Part shown: positions 8,339 to 17,363 of the stretch, one piece after another | Numbering within the stretch: the first letter of the stretch is position 1 | Layout of the letters: each line of letters opens with the position of its first letter | Virus record (IMG/VR): IMGVR_UViG_3300009370_002257 | Span: 16,477-80,476 of that record | DNA: 64,000 nt | Source: a virus | Taxonomy: Duplodnaviria; Caudoviricetes | Direction: 5' to 3' (one strand) | Notes under the pieces: model-generated | The model's database searches: none | Seen by the model: the letters and a program-made list of their open reading frames with translations, nothing else | Told to the model about the DNA's origin: nothing | Translations under genes and position numbers: made by a program

Positions 8339-8925
8339 AAATAACAGAAGACGTAACGCTAGTCAAGAGAGTCAAGAGAAGGAAGTGTGACAAGAGCCTC
8401 AAAGAACTAATAAACAGGCACTCTCCCCTGTGTTACGATATATATAAAAAATATTCTTCAGCAATGCAGTCTTCAGGCATTTGTTTGGCGGACATATACG
8501 GAGAAAAGGACTACATAGTCTACAAGTCTGCAATGAGTTTTAATCCAGACAAGAAAACTAAATTCTCCACGTGGCTCGGAAACCAAGTCAGATATTACTG
8601 CCTGAACCTGATAAACAGCAACAAACACGTGTGCGTAGGGGATCAAAATCTTGATTTTTATGTCGATCAAAAAACCGAAAGGGATAGAGAGGAGGTTAAA
8701 AGTGAAGTAGAGTATATATTTAATTTACTAGACCAACTGCAGGATAAAAGAATCAAAAAAATATTTAAACTTAGATATTTTCAAGGTGCAAAAATAAAAA
8801 TGCCTTGGGTTAAAGTAGCCAAAGAACTCAACGTAAGCACCCAAACAGCCATAAACCTCCACAATAAAGGGGTAGACATAGTATTCAAAAAAGTTAAGAG
8901 CACAGCCCTTTCAGATTTTCTTTAA
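8323..8925 (+). CDS. Phage sigma70-family sigma factor
   Basis: Region 2-like FNPDKKTKFSTWLGNQVRY and region 4 HTH MPWVKVAKELNVSTQTAINLHNKG. Confidence 0.8.
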   Translation: MGKVVKITEDVTLVKRVKRRKCDKSLKELINRHSPLCYDIYKKYSSAMQSSGICLADIYGEKDYIVYKSAMSFNPDKKTKFSTWLGNQVRYYCLNLINSNKHVCVGDQNLDFYVDQKTERDREEVKSEVEYIFNLLDQLQDKRIKKIFKLRYFQGAKIKMPWVKVAKELNVSTQTAINLHNKGVDIVFKKVKSTALSDFL

Positions 8926-8932
8926 AAAAAAG

Positions 8933-8961
8933 TTGACAAGCCCGTAATGCCTTGCTATAGT
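8933..8961 (+). promoter_or_regulatory. Promoter TTGACA-N5-GTAA-N8-TATAGT, leaderless
   Basis: 17-nt spacer with extended -10 TG; ATG 6 nt downstream. Confidence 0.85.
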
Positions 8962-8967
8962 TAGGGC

Positions 8968-9234
8968 ATGGCTGAAAAGCAAAATAACGAATGGGACGAG
9001 CGCGAACTCGGTGCGCTCTGGAAAAAACAAAGCGCGAATGGTCGGAAATACCTTTCTGGCAAGCTAAAGGTAGAGGGCAAAGACGTAAACGTTGTTTGCT
9101 TTCCTAACCAAAACAAGAAGGCGGACAACCATCCAGACTTCAGGCTTTACACCTCGAAAGAGTACGAGGCCACCGCGCAAACCGAGCCTGCCCAGTCGCA
9201 AGAAAACGCGACCGACGCAGAAGACATTCTCTAG
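8968..9234 (+). CDS. DUF736-like small protein with acidic tail (possible SSB)
   Basis: GALWKK...YLSGKL...NKKADNHPDFRLY; acidic C-terminus. Confidence 0.6.
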   Translation: MAEKQNNEWDERELGALWKKQSANGRKYLSGKLKVEGKDVNVVCFPNQNKKADNHPDFRLYTSKEYEATAQTEPAQSQENATDAEDIL

Positions 9235-9248
9235 CAGAGAATAACACG

Positions 9249-9299
9249 TCGGGGGCGAGGGTTTTTGTCTGTGTTTCGACCCTTGCTCCCGATTTTTTT
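9249..9299 (+). terminator. Intrinsic terminator with a large loop
   Basis: 13-bp stem TCGGGGGCGAGGG/CCCTTGCTCCCGA followed by T7. Confidence 0.8.
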
Positions 9300-9326
9300 G
9301 ACTTTTAAGAACGCAGGTGTTAATAT
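9298..9326 (+). promoter_or_regulatory. sigma70-type promoter, leaderless
   Basis: TTGACT-17-TAATAT, 6 nt before ATG 9333. Confidence 0.65.
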
Positions 9327-9332
9327 CTTAAT

Positions 9333-10421
9333 ATGAATTTTGCCCTCAATTTACCCCTGAACTCGGTTAGCTTCGGTCAGGTTTCTCTCTTAATATTAAA
9401 AGAGCTATACAAAAGAAACTTGAACCCCTGTATTCTCCCAATCGGGGAAATCAACCTCGAAACACAGGCAGAAGACGGAGCGTTTTTTGAGTGGATTTCT
9501 GACAACACAAAGAAGGCGATAAAAGAACATAAGAGAAACGTGCCCATCTTCAAGCTTTGGCATCTGAACGGCTCGCTCGAATCATACTCTGAGAAACAAG
9601 CGCTGCTCTCCTTTCACGAGCTAGACCAAGCTACGTTAGAAGAAAAAAACATAGGAGCAAACCAAGCTAAGTTATTGTTTTCCAGCAGTCATTCGGTGGA
9701 TACGTTTAGGAGCGCGGGCTGCGACAATGTAGACCTTCTCCCTTTGGCGTTCGATGAATACAATTTCAAAAAGCTTGATAAAGAATATTATCAAGACGAC
9801 AGGATTTGTTTTCTTCTGGTCGGTAAGTACGAAAAAAGAAAAGGGCACACCAAAATCCTCGAAGCTTGGTCTGAAAAGTATGGGAACAACAAGGACTTCT
9901 TTCTGTCTTGCGCTGTTTACAATCCGTTTTTCAAGCCCGAAGATAATAATAAAATTATCGCGGCGGCCCTCAAAGGCAAAAAGTATTTTAACATACAATT
10001 CCTCGGCTTTATGCCGAAAAATTCACTATATAACGACTACTTAAACTCTGGGGATGTAGTTATCGGTATGTCTGGGGGGGAAGGCTGGGCCTTACCGGAG
10101 TTTCATGCGACAGCACTGGGCGCGCACTCCGTCATACTAAATGCTCACGCCCATAAAGAATGGGCGACGGAAGAAAATTCCGTATTAGTAGACTCATCTG
10201 AAAAAATACCGGCAGAAGACGGACTCTTCTTTAAGTCTGATGGCCCATTCAATCAGGGAAATATTTTCGACTTCGAGCAGGACGCCTTCATAGAGGGTTG
10301 TGAAAAGGCCATAGAGAGAGTAAGAGCGAGCAGGGTGAACGAAGCGGGGCTAGCCCTACAGAAAAAGTTCTCAGCGGGGAAGATGGTAGATAAAATCGTA
10401 GAGACGATGGGAGCCCTATAA
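9333..10421 (+). CDS. GT-B (GT4-like) glycosyltransferase
   Basis: FLLVGKYEKRKG and SGGEGWALPEFHA motifs. Confidence 0.8.
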   Translation: MNFALNLPLNSVSFGQVSLLILKELYKRNLNPCILPIGEINLETQAEDGAFFEWISDNTKKAIKEHKRNVPIFKLWHLNGSLESYSEKQALLSFHELDQATLEEKNIGANQAKLLFSSSHSVDTFRSAGCDNVDLLPLAFDEYNFKKLDKEYYQDDRICFLLVGKYEKRKGHTKILEAWSEKYGNNKDFFLSCAVYNPFFKPEDNNKIIAAALKGKKYFNIQFLGFMPKNSLYNDYLNSGDVVIGMSGGEGWALPEFHATALGAHSVILNAHAHKEWATEENSVLVDSSEKIPAEDGLFFKSDGPFNQGNIFDFEQDAFIEGCEKAIERVRASRVNEAGLALQKKFSAGKMVDKIVETMGAL

Positions 10422-10425
10422 CATC

Positions 10426-10782
10426 ATGCCCCTTTATATTTTCGAGCACCCAGAAACAAACGAGGTCATAGAGGTAGTGCAATCTATGAAGGACGCTCAC
10501 GTATATATCGACAAGGAGGGCGTGGAATGGAAAAGGGTCTACACCCCGACAAACTTTGCCATAGATGGAAGCCTCAACCCCACTTCGTCTATGGATTTTG
10601 TTGAAAAAACAAAAAACAAAAACTATACGCAAGGGGACCTACAAGACATCTCGAGAGAGGCAAGCGAGAAAAGGGAGAGACTAATGGGGAAAGACCCCGT
10701 GAAGCAAAAATGGTTCAAGGACTATGAGACCTCCAGAAAAGGCAAGAAGCACCCACAAGACCCCTCTCGCTACACGTCCTAG
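10426..10782 (+). CDS. FmdB-like phage protein (zinc-ribbon Cys residues absent)
   Basis: MPLYIFEHPETNEVIEVVQSM N-terminus resembles the FmdB MPxYxYxC pattern. Confidence 0.5.
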   Translation: MPLYIFEHPETNEVIEVVQSMKDAHVYIDKEGVEWKRVYTPTNFAIDGSLNPTSSMDFVEKTKNKNYTQGDLQDISREASEKRERLMGKDPVKQKWFKDYETSRKGKKHPQDPSRYTS

Positions 10783-10860
10783 CTTTGTTTTCCTTTTTTT
10801 TAAGCTAGAAGAGAAAAATTTTATCAAAAAAAATAACACACATGTAATACCCACAACACT

Positions 10861-13332
10861 ATGAGTTCAACCACAAAAATTAATGTAAAAAAAAGAAACG
10901 GAAGATTGCAGGCCCTAGACATCAACAAAGTAAATATCTGCGCTCAGAGGGCCTGTGAGGGCCTAGAAAGCGTATCTCCTAGCGAGGTCGTGATCGACGC
11001 AAACGTGCAGCTTTACGATAAAATTTCCACAAAAGAAATAGATCAGGCCCTAATCATGTCTGCGCGAGGCAAGATCGAAAAGGAGCCCAACTACAGCAAG
11101 GTTGCTGCTAGACTCCTCTTAGGGAATATACATAAAGAGGTCTTTGGTTGCAGCGTAGATAAAGACGCCTTCGATCACCAATACAGGCTATCCTTTGTCC
11201 AGAACATTAAACTTCTAATCAAAGAGGGAATGTTGAATGAAAAGCTCCTAGAGTTTGATCTCAAAAAACTTTCCCAAAAACTAGACCTAGAAAGAGATTT
11301 TAAATTCAAATATCTCGGACTGCAGATTTTAAACGATAGATACTTTCTTCACATAAACGGCAGAAGGCTAGAGTCTCCGCAATCATTTTGGATGAGAGTG
11401 GCTATGGGCCTTGCGTTGAATGAAAAAAATAAAGAGAAGAAAGCTATTGAATTTTATGAAGCACTTTCGTCATTTCGCATGTGCTGCTCTACGCCCACTC
11501 TTTTTAATAGTGGGTCTGTTCGTAGTCAGCTTAGTTCTTGTTATCTCAACACTTTCGATGACAGCATTGATGGCATATTCGAGGGCGCGTGGCAAGAAGC
11601 TAGAAAATCTAAATATGCTGGCGGTTTAGGTTTCGATGTCACTAATTTTAGAGCCGCCGGCTCCCACATTAAGGGAACGAATGGCTCCTCTAGCGGTCTT
11701 GTCCCTTGGCTTAAAATCTATAACGACCTCCTCGTAGCCGTTAATCAGGGCGGCAAACGCCCCGGCGCAGGCTGCGCCTACATCGAACCTTGGCACTTAG
11801 ATATTGAAGATTTCATCGAGCTCAAGAAAAACACAGGTGACGAGCGCAGGCGTTGCCACGACTTGAATACAGCAAATTGGTTGCCCAATATATTTTTAAA
11901 TTATGTCGAGAAGGATTTAGATTGGTATCTCTTTTCTCCTTCGGACGCTAGAGATTTGCATGAACTTTTCGGGGAAGAGTTCGACAAGGCGTATAAAAAA
12001 TACTGTAAGAAAGCAGACGCGGGAGAAATAGATAACTTCAAAACCGTGAAGGCCAAAGACCTCTGGAAAAAGATGCTGAGGATGTTATTCGAAACAGGCC
12101 ACCCATGGATGACATTTAAAGACAATGCAAACCTTAGGTATTCTAATAATCACGAGGGCACGATTCATAGCTCTAATTTGTGCACGGAGATTTTTCTGCA
12201 CACCAAGCCTTCGTTATTTTCTGGTGGAGAAAAAAGCGAGGTAGGGGAGACGGCAGTTTGTAATCTAAGCTCGGTAAACTTAAAGGAGCATCTAAAAACG
12301 AACGGTAAGATAGACTATAAGCTCTTAGAGAAAACCATAGCGACACAAATGAGGATGCTCGATAATGTAATCGATTTGAATTTCTACCCGACAGCAGAAG
12401 CAAAGAAGGCAAACCTTAGACATAGACCGGTTGGCGCAGGGACAATGGGTTGGGCAGACGTATTTCATGCACATAAAATAAATTTTTCTTCAGAAGACTC
12501 GGTGAGATTCTCGGATGAATTGTATGAATTTATTTCGTACCATTGTATTTTGAACTCCTCGAGGCTGGCTAAAGAAAAGGGCCCTTACGAATCATTCGAT
12601 GGCTCGCTATGGAGCCAAGGCACCCTACCGATGGACACCTACAAAAGCTTAATAGATTACTTAGGCCAAAAGCCAATCACCCATAGGAAAAAGAATTTTG
12701 CCCCAGAAGTGGACTGGAAAAACATAAGAGACCACATCAAAGCGCACGGGATGAGAAATAGCAATACGATGGCTATTGCGCCAACGGCCACCATATCCTA
12801 CATTCAGGGCTGTTCGACATCTATCGAGCCAGATTTCTCAACCCTATTTGTCTACGAAAATAAATCGGGGAATCTTATGATTGTAAATGAATGGTTTGTC
12901 CGGGAGTGCAAAGAAATAGGCGCTTGGGACGCAAACTTAATCGAGATGCTGAAGGCTGTAGATGGAGACGTTATGAGGCTTAACGGAGAACTGCCCCAAG
13001 ACATCAAGGATAGATACATGACGGCCTTCGACCACGATCAGTTTATGCTTATTGATGCAGCCGCAGCAAAGCAGAAATGGATTGACATGGGCCAATCACT
13101 TAACCTATTTAATAATAAAACATCCCTTAAATACTTAAACGATTTATATATACATGCGAGAAACAGAGGACTCAAAAGCACATACTATCTCCGAAACAGA
13201 TCGGCTAGTCAAATTGAAAAATCTACGGGCGAAAGTGGAGATGGCGATACTGCTTCAGGTGGTGCTGATGGTGATGTTATTACTCCTGAGGCTTGCTCAA
13301 TCTTAGACCCAACATGCGAAAGTTGTCAATAA
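10861..13332 (+). CDS. nrdA: Class I ribonucleotide reductase alpha subunit with ATP cone
   Basis: VKKRNG ATP cone; STPTLFNSG, SSCYL, SNLCTEI, VCNL, TYYLR; C-terminal CSI...CESCQ. Confidence 0.97.
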   Translation: MSSTTKINVKKRNGRLQALDINKVNICAQRACEGLESVSPSEVVIDANVQLYDKISTKEIDQALIMSARGKIEKEPNYSKVAARLLLGNIHKEVFGCSVDKDAFDHQYRLSFVQNIKLLIKEGMLNEKLLEFDLKKLSQKLDLERDFKFKYLGLQILNDRYFLHINGRRLESPQSFWMRVAMGLALNEKNKEKKAIEFYEALSSFRMCCSTPTLFNSGSVRSQLSSCYLNTFDDSIDGIFEGAWQEARKSKYAGGLGFDVTNFRAAGSHIKGTNGSSSGLVPWLKIYNDLLVAVNQGGKRPGAGCAYIEPWHLDIEDFIELKKNTGDERRRCHDLNTANWLPNIFLNYVEKDLDWYLFSPSDARDLHELFGEEFDKAYKKYCKKADAGEIDNFKTVKAKDLWKKMLRMLFETGHPWMTFKDNANLRYSNNHEGTIHSSNLCTEIFLHTKPSLFSGGEKSEVGETAVCNLSSVNLKEHLKTNGKIDYKLLEKTIATQMRMLDNVIDLNFYPTAEAKKANLRHRPVGAGTMGWADVFHAHKINFSSEDSVRFSDELYEFISYHCILNSSRLAKEKGPYESFDGSLWSQGTLPMDTYKSLIDYLGQKPITHRKKNFAPEVDWKNIRDHIKAHGMRNSNTMAIAPTATISYIQGCSTSIEPDFSTLFVYENKSGNLMIVNEWFVRECKEIGAWDANLIEMLKAVDGDVMRLNGELPQDIKDRYMTAFDHDQFMLIDAAAAKQKWIDMGQSLNLFNNKTSLKYLNDLYIHARNRGLKSTYYLRNRSASQIEKSTGESGDGDTASGGADGDVITPEACSILDPTCESCQ

Positions 13333-14339
13333 TGAAGGATGGATTAATACTGGGTGATGAAATAGCTGGGGTGAATCAAATTTTACCCCACAAACATAAA
13401 CAGGTATGGGATTTATTCCAGAAGGGTGTAGCGAATAACTGGTCACCCTCAGAAATTAATATGTCAGATGACATAGATCAATGGAAAGGGGATACCCTAA
13501 CCAAGGATGAAAAACTACTCGTGAAAAGATGCCTTGGCTTCTTCGCTGGTAGCGAATCTTTGGTTGGCAACAACCTCTTACTCACTGTTGCGAGGTGGGT
13601 CACTGATGCTGAATGCAGGCAGTACATCCTGAGGCAGGCTTACGAAGAGAGTCTCCACAACTGGACCGTCGTGACTTGCTGCGATTCTTACGGCTTAAAA
13701 GTGTCAGAGGTATACGAGGCGTACCTAAACGTGCCGAGCATCAAGGCCAAGGATGACTTTTTAATGGAGATTACTACGAACGTTAATCGCCCAGATTTCT
13801 CCACGAAAACAGTGGAAGGCAAAAAAGAATTCTTGCGGAACCTTGTTAGTTACTATATAGTTTGTGAAGGCACATTCTTCTTCAGTGGTTTCGCCATGCT
13901 GCTTGCACTGGGGAGGCAGAACAAACTGCCGGGGTTATCAGACCAAATTAGATATACCCTTAGAGACGAAAGCCTTCACATACAGTTTGGTACTTATTTA
14001 ATTAATACAATCAAAGAACAGAACCCGTCCATATGGACTAAAAAATTCGAAAAAGAAACAGTAGATCATATTATTAAAGCCGTTGAATTAGAGGTAGATT
14101 ATGCTAAAGACGTTCTCCCTAGAGGAATTTTGGGCCTTAACGCTGATATGTTTATTGATTATATGCAATACATCGGCAACAGGCGTCTGGAGGCTATTGA
14201 TATTGAGTATCGATTTGATTCGGATAAAAACCCTTTCCCTTGGCTTAGTGAGGTGGTTGACACGGCGGCGATGACAAACTTTTTCGAAAGAAAAGTCAAG
14301 GACTACCAAAATTCAGGCTCCCTTGAAGATGATTTTTAG
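13332..14339 (+). CDS. nrdB: Class I ribonucleotide reductase beta subunit with class Ic (R2c) signature
   Basis: TAATG-coupled to nrdA. Ligand motifs GSES, EESLH, CEG, DESLH; C-terminal NFFERKVKDY. Confidence 0.95.
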   Translation: MKDGLILGDEIAGVNQILPHKHKQVWDLFQKGVANNWSPSEINMSDDIDQWKGDTLTKDEKLLVKRCLGFFAGSESLVGNNLLLTVARWVTDAECRQYILRQAYEESLHNWTVVTCCDSYGLKVSEVYEAYLNVPSIKAKDDFLMEITTNVNRPDFSTKTVEGKKEFLRNLVSYYIVCEGTFFFSGFAMLLALGRQNKLPGLSDQIRYTLRDESLHIQFGTYLINTIKEQNPSIWTKKFEKETVDHIIKAVELEVDYAKDVLPRGILGLNADMFIDYMQYIGNRRLEAIDIEYRFDSDKNPFPWLSEVVDTAAMTNFFERKVKDYQNSGSLEDDF

Positions 14340-14343
14340 ACAA

Positions 14344-14847
14344 ATGAAAATGAAAAACATAATGCTAGGTGCATTTGCACTAATGATAGTTGGTTGTAAC
14401 GCAACCAAGGAATACCCGTATAATGCGGTCAGAGTGGGAGAGACAGGCGCGGACGCTATGACCGTAGACCTTGCTCCTGTTGTAACCGCTCAGGCAAAAA
14501 TGCCCGAACTCACCGTAGGCACAGGCTCTTTCGAGCATGGACTGGCCAACGCTGGGCTAGGAAAAAGCCTAACGGCAAACGTGCCATTCGTGGCGGTAGA
14601 CGTACCCGTACCCTCTGTGGTCATCGGTCCAAAGAACTTCAACGCGACAGTAGGCGCGGAGAATTCTGTGACTATTGGCTCATTGACGGTCGGTCAAAAT
14701 CTACCCAGCATCGGCATCGGGACAGACGTTAACAAGGAAAAGGTCTTTGACCTTACATTGAAGGGGGGTGTTGGAGTTACTGTGCCACTCATCTCCTTGT
14801 ATGTTCCTTGGCCGACGTTAAATACCGGCGGCGATACGGAAGAATAG
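14344..14847 (+). CDS. Putative lipoprotein, beta-rich with internal repeats
   Basis: MKNIMLGAFALMIVG-C lipobox; start at 14344 or 14350. Confidence 0.65.
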   Translation: MKMKNIMLGAFALMIVGCNATKEYPYNAVRVGETGADAMTVDLAPVVTAQAKMPELTVGTGSFEHGLANAGLGKSLTANVPFVAVDVPVPSVVIGPKNFNATVGAENSVTIGSLTVGQNLPSIGIGTDVNKEKVFDLTLKGGVGVTVPLISLYVPWPTLNTGGDTEE

Positions 14848-14872
14848 AAGACCCCTCATAAGGTGTGAACAC

Positions 14873-14898
14873 CCCCCGATTTATTCGGGGGTTTTTTT
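14873..14898 (+). terminator. Intrinsic terminator of the nrdAB-lipoprotein unit
   Basis: CCCCCGA-TTTAT-TCGGGGG followed by T7. Confidence 0.85.
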
Positions 14899-14982
14899 AT
14901 ACCGAACTATCTCCATCTATCGTGTCGCCATATTTTCCAAAATACAATAGGCGCAATTATCAATGTTAATATTATTATTAAG

Positions 14983-15168
14983 TTATCCATCTTTTATTTT
15001 CTTCTTTACTTCTTCGAGGAACTCGTCCGTACCCACGAACCTAGAGTCGCAACTCGAATTTACACAACGCCATATATTGCAGCCAGACTCCTCGTGTATA
15101 GTCCTAGGCATACACTTTAACCTGTTCTTTGCGTCAGGAAAACAATATGGGCATGCATAATAGTGCAT
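14983..15168 (-). CDS. Small zinc-ribbon protein
   Basis: CPYC and CVNSSC pairs; GTGTAA motif directly upstream. Confidence 0.6.
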   Translation of the reverse strand: MHYYACPYCFPDAKNRLKCMPRTIHEESGCNIWRCVNSSCDSRFVGTDEFLEEVKKKIKDG

Positions 15169-15200
15169 ATTATATTTACACTTCCCGTGTAATTATAAGT
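15169..15200. promoter_or_regulatory. Back-to-back GTGTAA motifs (divergent putative phage promoters)
   Basis: Minus GTGTAAATATAAT (15181-15169) and plus GTGTAATTATAAGT (15187-15200). Confidence 0.6.
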
Positions 15201-15227
15201 GACCTCGCTGTACGGGGTTAAATTGTT

Positions 15228-15455
15228 ATGAGAAGAAAACGTAGAAAAACAGTGAAAAAGTGGCATACGAACTTATGGAATAGGTTTATGTCGCTTTATA
15301 AGGGAGTAAAATCACACGTAACTCACATTGGGTGCTGGGAAGGCCTAGGTCTTGTAGTTCTAGGCGGCGGCGCTCTAATGGGTTGCTTGAGTTTGTCCTT
15401 GACTGTTGGCTTGCCCATGGTGTACGTGGGTGTTAAGAAATTATTACATAAATAA
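15228..15455 (+). CDS. Small membrane protein with basic N-terminus (holin-like)
   Basis: RRKRRK N-terminus and two hydrophobic segments. Confidence 0.5.
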   Translation: MRRKRRKTVKKWHTNLWNRFMSLYKGVKSHVTHIGCWEGLGLVVLGGGALMGCLSLSLTVGLPMVYVGVKKLLHK

Positions 15456-15483
15456 TACTTTCCTAGTCAACTTTTTTAACCAA

Positions 15484-15517
15484 AGTCCCCCTCTTCTTGA
15501 GGGGGGCTTATTTTTTT
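15484..15517 (+). terminator. Intrinsic terminator
   Basis: AGTCCCCCTC-TTCTT-GAGGGGGGCT followed by a T-run. Confidence 0.8.
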
Positions 15518-15531
15518 GTGTAATTATAAGT
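15518..15531 (+). promoter_or_regulatory. GTGTAATTATAAGT motif
   Basis: Exact 14-nt copy of 15187-15200, directly upstream of ATG 15535. Confidence 0.65.
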
Positions 15532-15534
15532 AAC

Positions 15535-15831
15535 ATGGACTATAAAATCATCCTAGACATCGCGCTGGCAAGCGCCCTTCTTCTCGGGGGATGGGTTTTC
15601 AAAATGGTCTTTGGGTACATGAAAGAAATGAGAGACCAGCACAACACGCTCCTAGAGAAAACTAGGCATGACTACAGAGAGTTACATGAAAATATAACGG
15701 ACCTTGCGCTCTCAATTCCTGAAAAATACGTATCTAAAGACGATTTTTCGAACGCTATGAAAACTTTCGGCCATAGGTTTGACAGACTCGAAGAGAAATT
15801 GGACGCCGTATTATCTGATAAAAATAAATAA
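15535..15831 (+). CDS. TM plus coiled-coil protein (holin/XhlA-like)
   Basis: Start reassigned to ATG 15535 after the terminator. One N-terminal TM, then a coiled coil ending FDRLEEKLD. Confidence 0.55.
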   Translation: MDYKIILDIALASALLLGGWVFKMVFGYMKEMRDQHNTLLEKTRHDYRELHENITDLALSIPEKYVSKDDFSNAMKTFGHRFDRLEEKLDAVLSDKNK

Positions 15832-15832
15832 C

Positions 15833-15889
15833 TAGACAAAAGCCCTTAGAGGCTCTATATTATAGAGAATTTAGGGGTTTTTTTGTCTA
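15833..15889 (+). promoter_or_regulatory. Promoter of the glycan cluster embedded in a 57-bp imperfect inverted repeat
   Basis: TAGACA-17-TATATT; arms TAGACAAAA/TTTTGTCTA and CTCTATA/TATAGAG. Confidence 0.65.
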
Positions 15890-16689
15890 TGAATAAGGTT
15901 ATTGCGATGACGGCCTGCAGAAGGCCTGAATATACTCAGAAAGTAGTGGATTCTTTATCCAACTGCACCAACTCTTCCGAATATAAATTCGTACCGTTTT
16001 GCGACGGCCCCCAGCAAGAAGTTATTAACGTCTTGGAGTCTGTAGATTTTTGCGACGTAGAAGTTAACGTGAATGAAAAGCGGGTCGGGCACACCCTCAA
16101 TACTCATAGAGCTTTAACTAGGGCCTTCGAGCTTTCTGATTACGTAATTCTCTTAGAAGATGATACGGTGCTATCTAAAGACTTTTTAGAATTTCACGAA
16201 TTCTGTAAAGAAAAATTTAAAGATGACAGTACAGTATACACGGTCTCGGCGGGGCACTATAACAATGTTGATAAAATCTATAGGGAAGAGGACAGGTCTA
16301 TGTATAAAAGAAACCAGTGGTTCTCCAATCAAGGGTGGGGTACATGGATAGACCGCTGGGAAGAGGAGGGCGGGATAAAGCACACATGGGAAGAGCCAGA
16401 GACGGTTGATTTCAAGCAATATACTACCAATTATAAGTACGGCGGCTGGGACGGGCTAATGAATAAACACACGCGGAAGGGGAGAGACGAAGTACTCTCC
16501 GTCGTTAGCAGGGTTAAAAACATAGGGGCTGAGAACGGTGTCCATTGGGGGTATAATAGATCAGTTTACAATTCATTCTCAGACTTCCACAAAGACAAAA
16601 TCGAGGTGAAAGATTGGTGCGGCCTTTATAATCTAGAGGGGGTCGAGTACAGGGAGGAGACAAGATTGTTTTCGGATTATATAATGTGA
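15889..16689 (+). CDS. GT-A glycosyltransferase
   Basis: FCDG, ILLEDD, WGTW..RW and SRVKNIG motifs. Confidence 0.75.
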   Translation: MNKVIAMTACRRPEYTQKVVDSLSNCTNSSEYKFVPFCDGPQQEVINVLESVDFCDVEVNVNEKRVGHTLNTHRALTRAFELSDYVILLEDDTVLSKDFLEFHEFCKEKFKDDSTVYTVSAGHYNNVDKIYREEDRSMYKRNQWFSNQGWGTWIDRWEEEGGIKHTWEEPETVDFKQYTTNYKYGGWDGLMNKHTRKGRDEVLSVVSRVKNIGAENGVHWGYNRSVYNSFSDFHKDKIEVKDWCGLYNLEGVEYREETRLFSDYIM

Positions 16690-17363
16690 TGAACATAGTA
16701 CTCCCCACATACAACAGGCTAGACTACCTAAAGAGGTCTCTTAGCTCGCTGTTGTCGACAGACATAAAAGAAGAAGACTACCTGTGGGTGTATGATGACG
16801 CTAGTTCTGAAAAGGGCGTTAAAGATTTTCTCTTAGGGCATGAGGATACTAAATTCAAAATACATTTTAACGAAAGAAATCTGGGGTGCGACCACAATGT
16901 ATATCAGTCTATCAGAAAGACCTTCGAGCGAACCAATGACCAGTTCCTCACCATTACTGACCCAGATGCCATATACCATCCAGAGTGGCTCTCCTTTATT
17001 AAAAGGAAATTGGTAGACCATAACGACATCGGGCTCTTAAGCGTTTTTAACACCAAAAACCACCCAGAATGCGGGGTATGTGAAGACGCAGAACTTTGCG
17101 AAAAGAAGTCCGTAGGAGGTCTTGCGCTGGCTGTAAATAGAGATATCTTTGAAAAGGTAGACCCAAACGTCATACTCGATTGCCATAGTCATTTTTGCTG
17201 GGACTGGCAGTGTGTGACGCTTTGTAATAAAATGGGATACAAGATACTCTGCTCTAAAGATAGTTACGTAGACCACATAGGCTTCGTCGGGGTGCACTCC
17301 AGACGAGAGGGGCAAGGGGATCAAGCTCAAAATTTTTTAGGAGAGAACGAAAAAGATAAATGA
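16686..17363 (+). CDS. GT2 glycosyltransferase
   Basis: LPTYNR, YDDAS, TDPD, VDHIG. Confidence 0.8.
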   Translation: MMNIVLPTYNRLDYLKRSLSSLLSTDIKEEDYLWVYDDASSEKGVKDFLLGHEDTKFKIHFNERNLGCDHNVYQSIRKTFERTNDQFLTITDPDAIYHPEWLSFIKRKLVDHNDIGLLSVFNTKNHPECGVCEDAELCEKKSVGGLALAVNRDIFEKVDPNVILDCHSHFCWDWQCVTLCNKMGYKILCSKDSYVDHIGFVGVHSRREGQGDQAQNFLGENEKDK

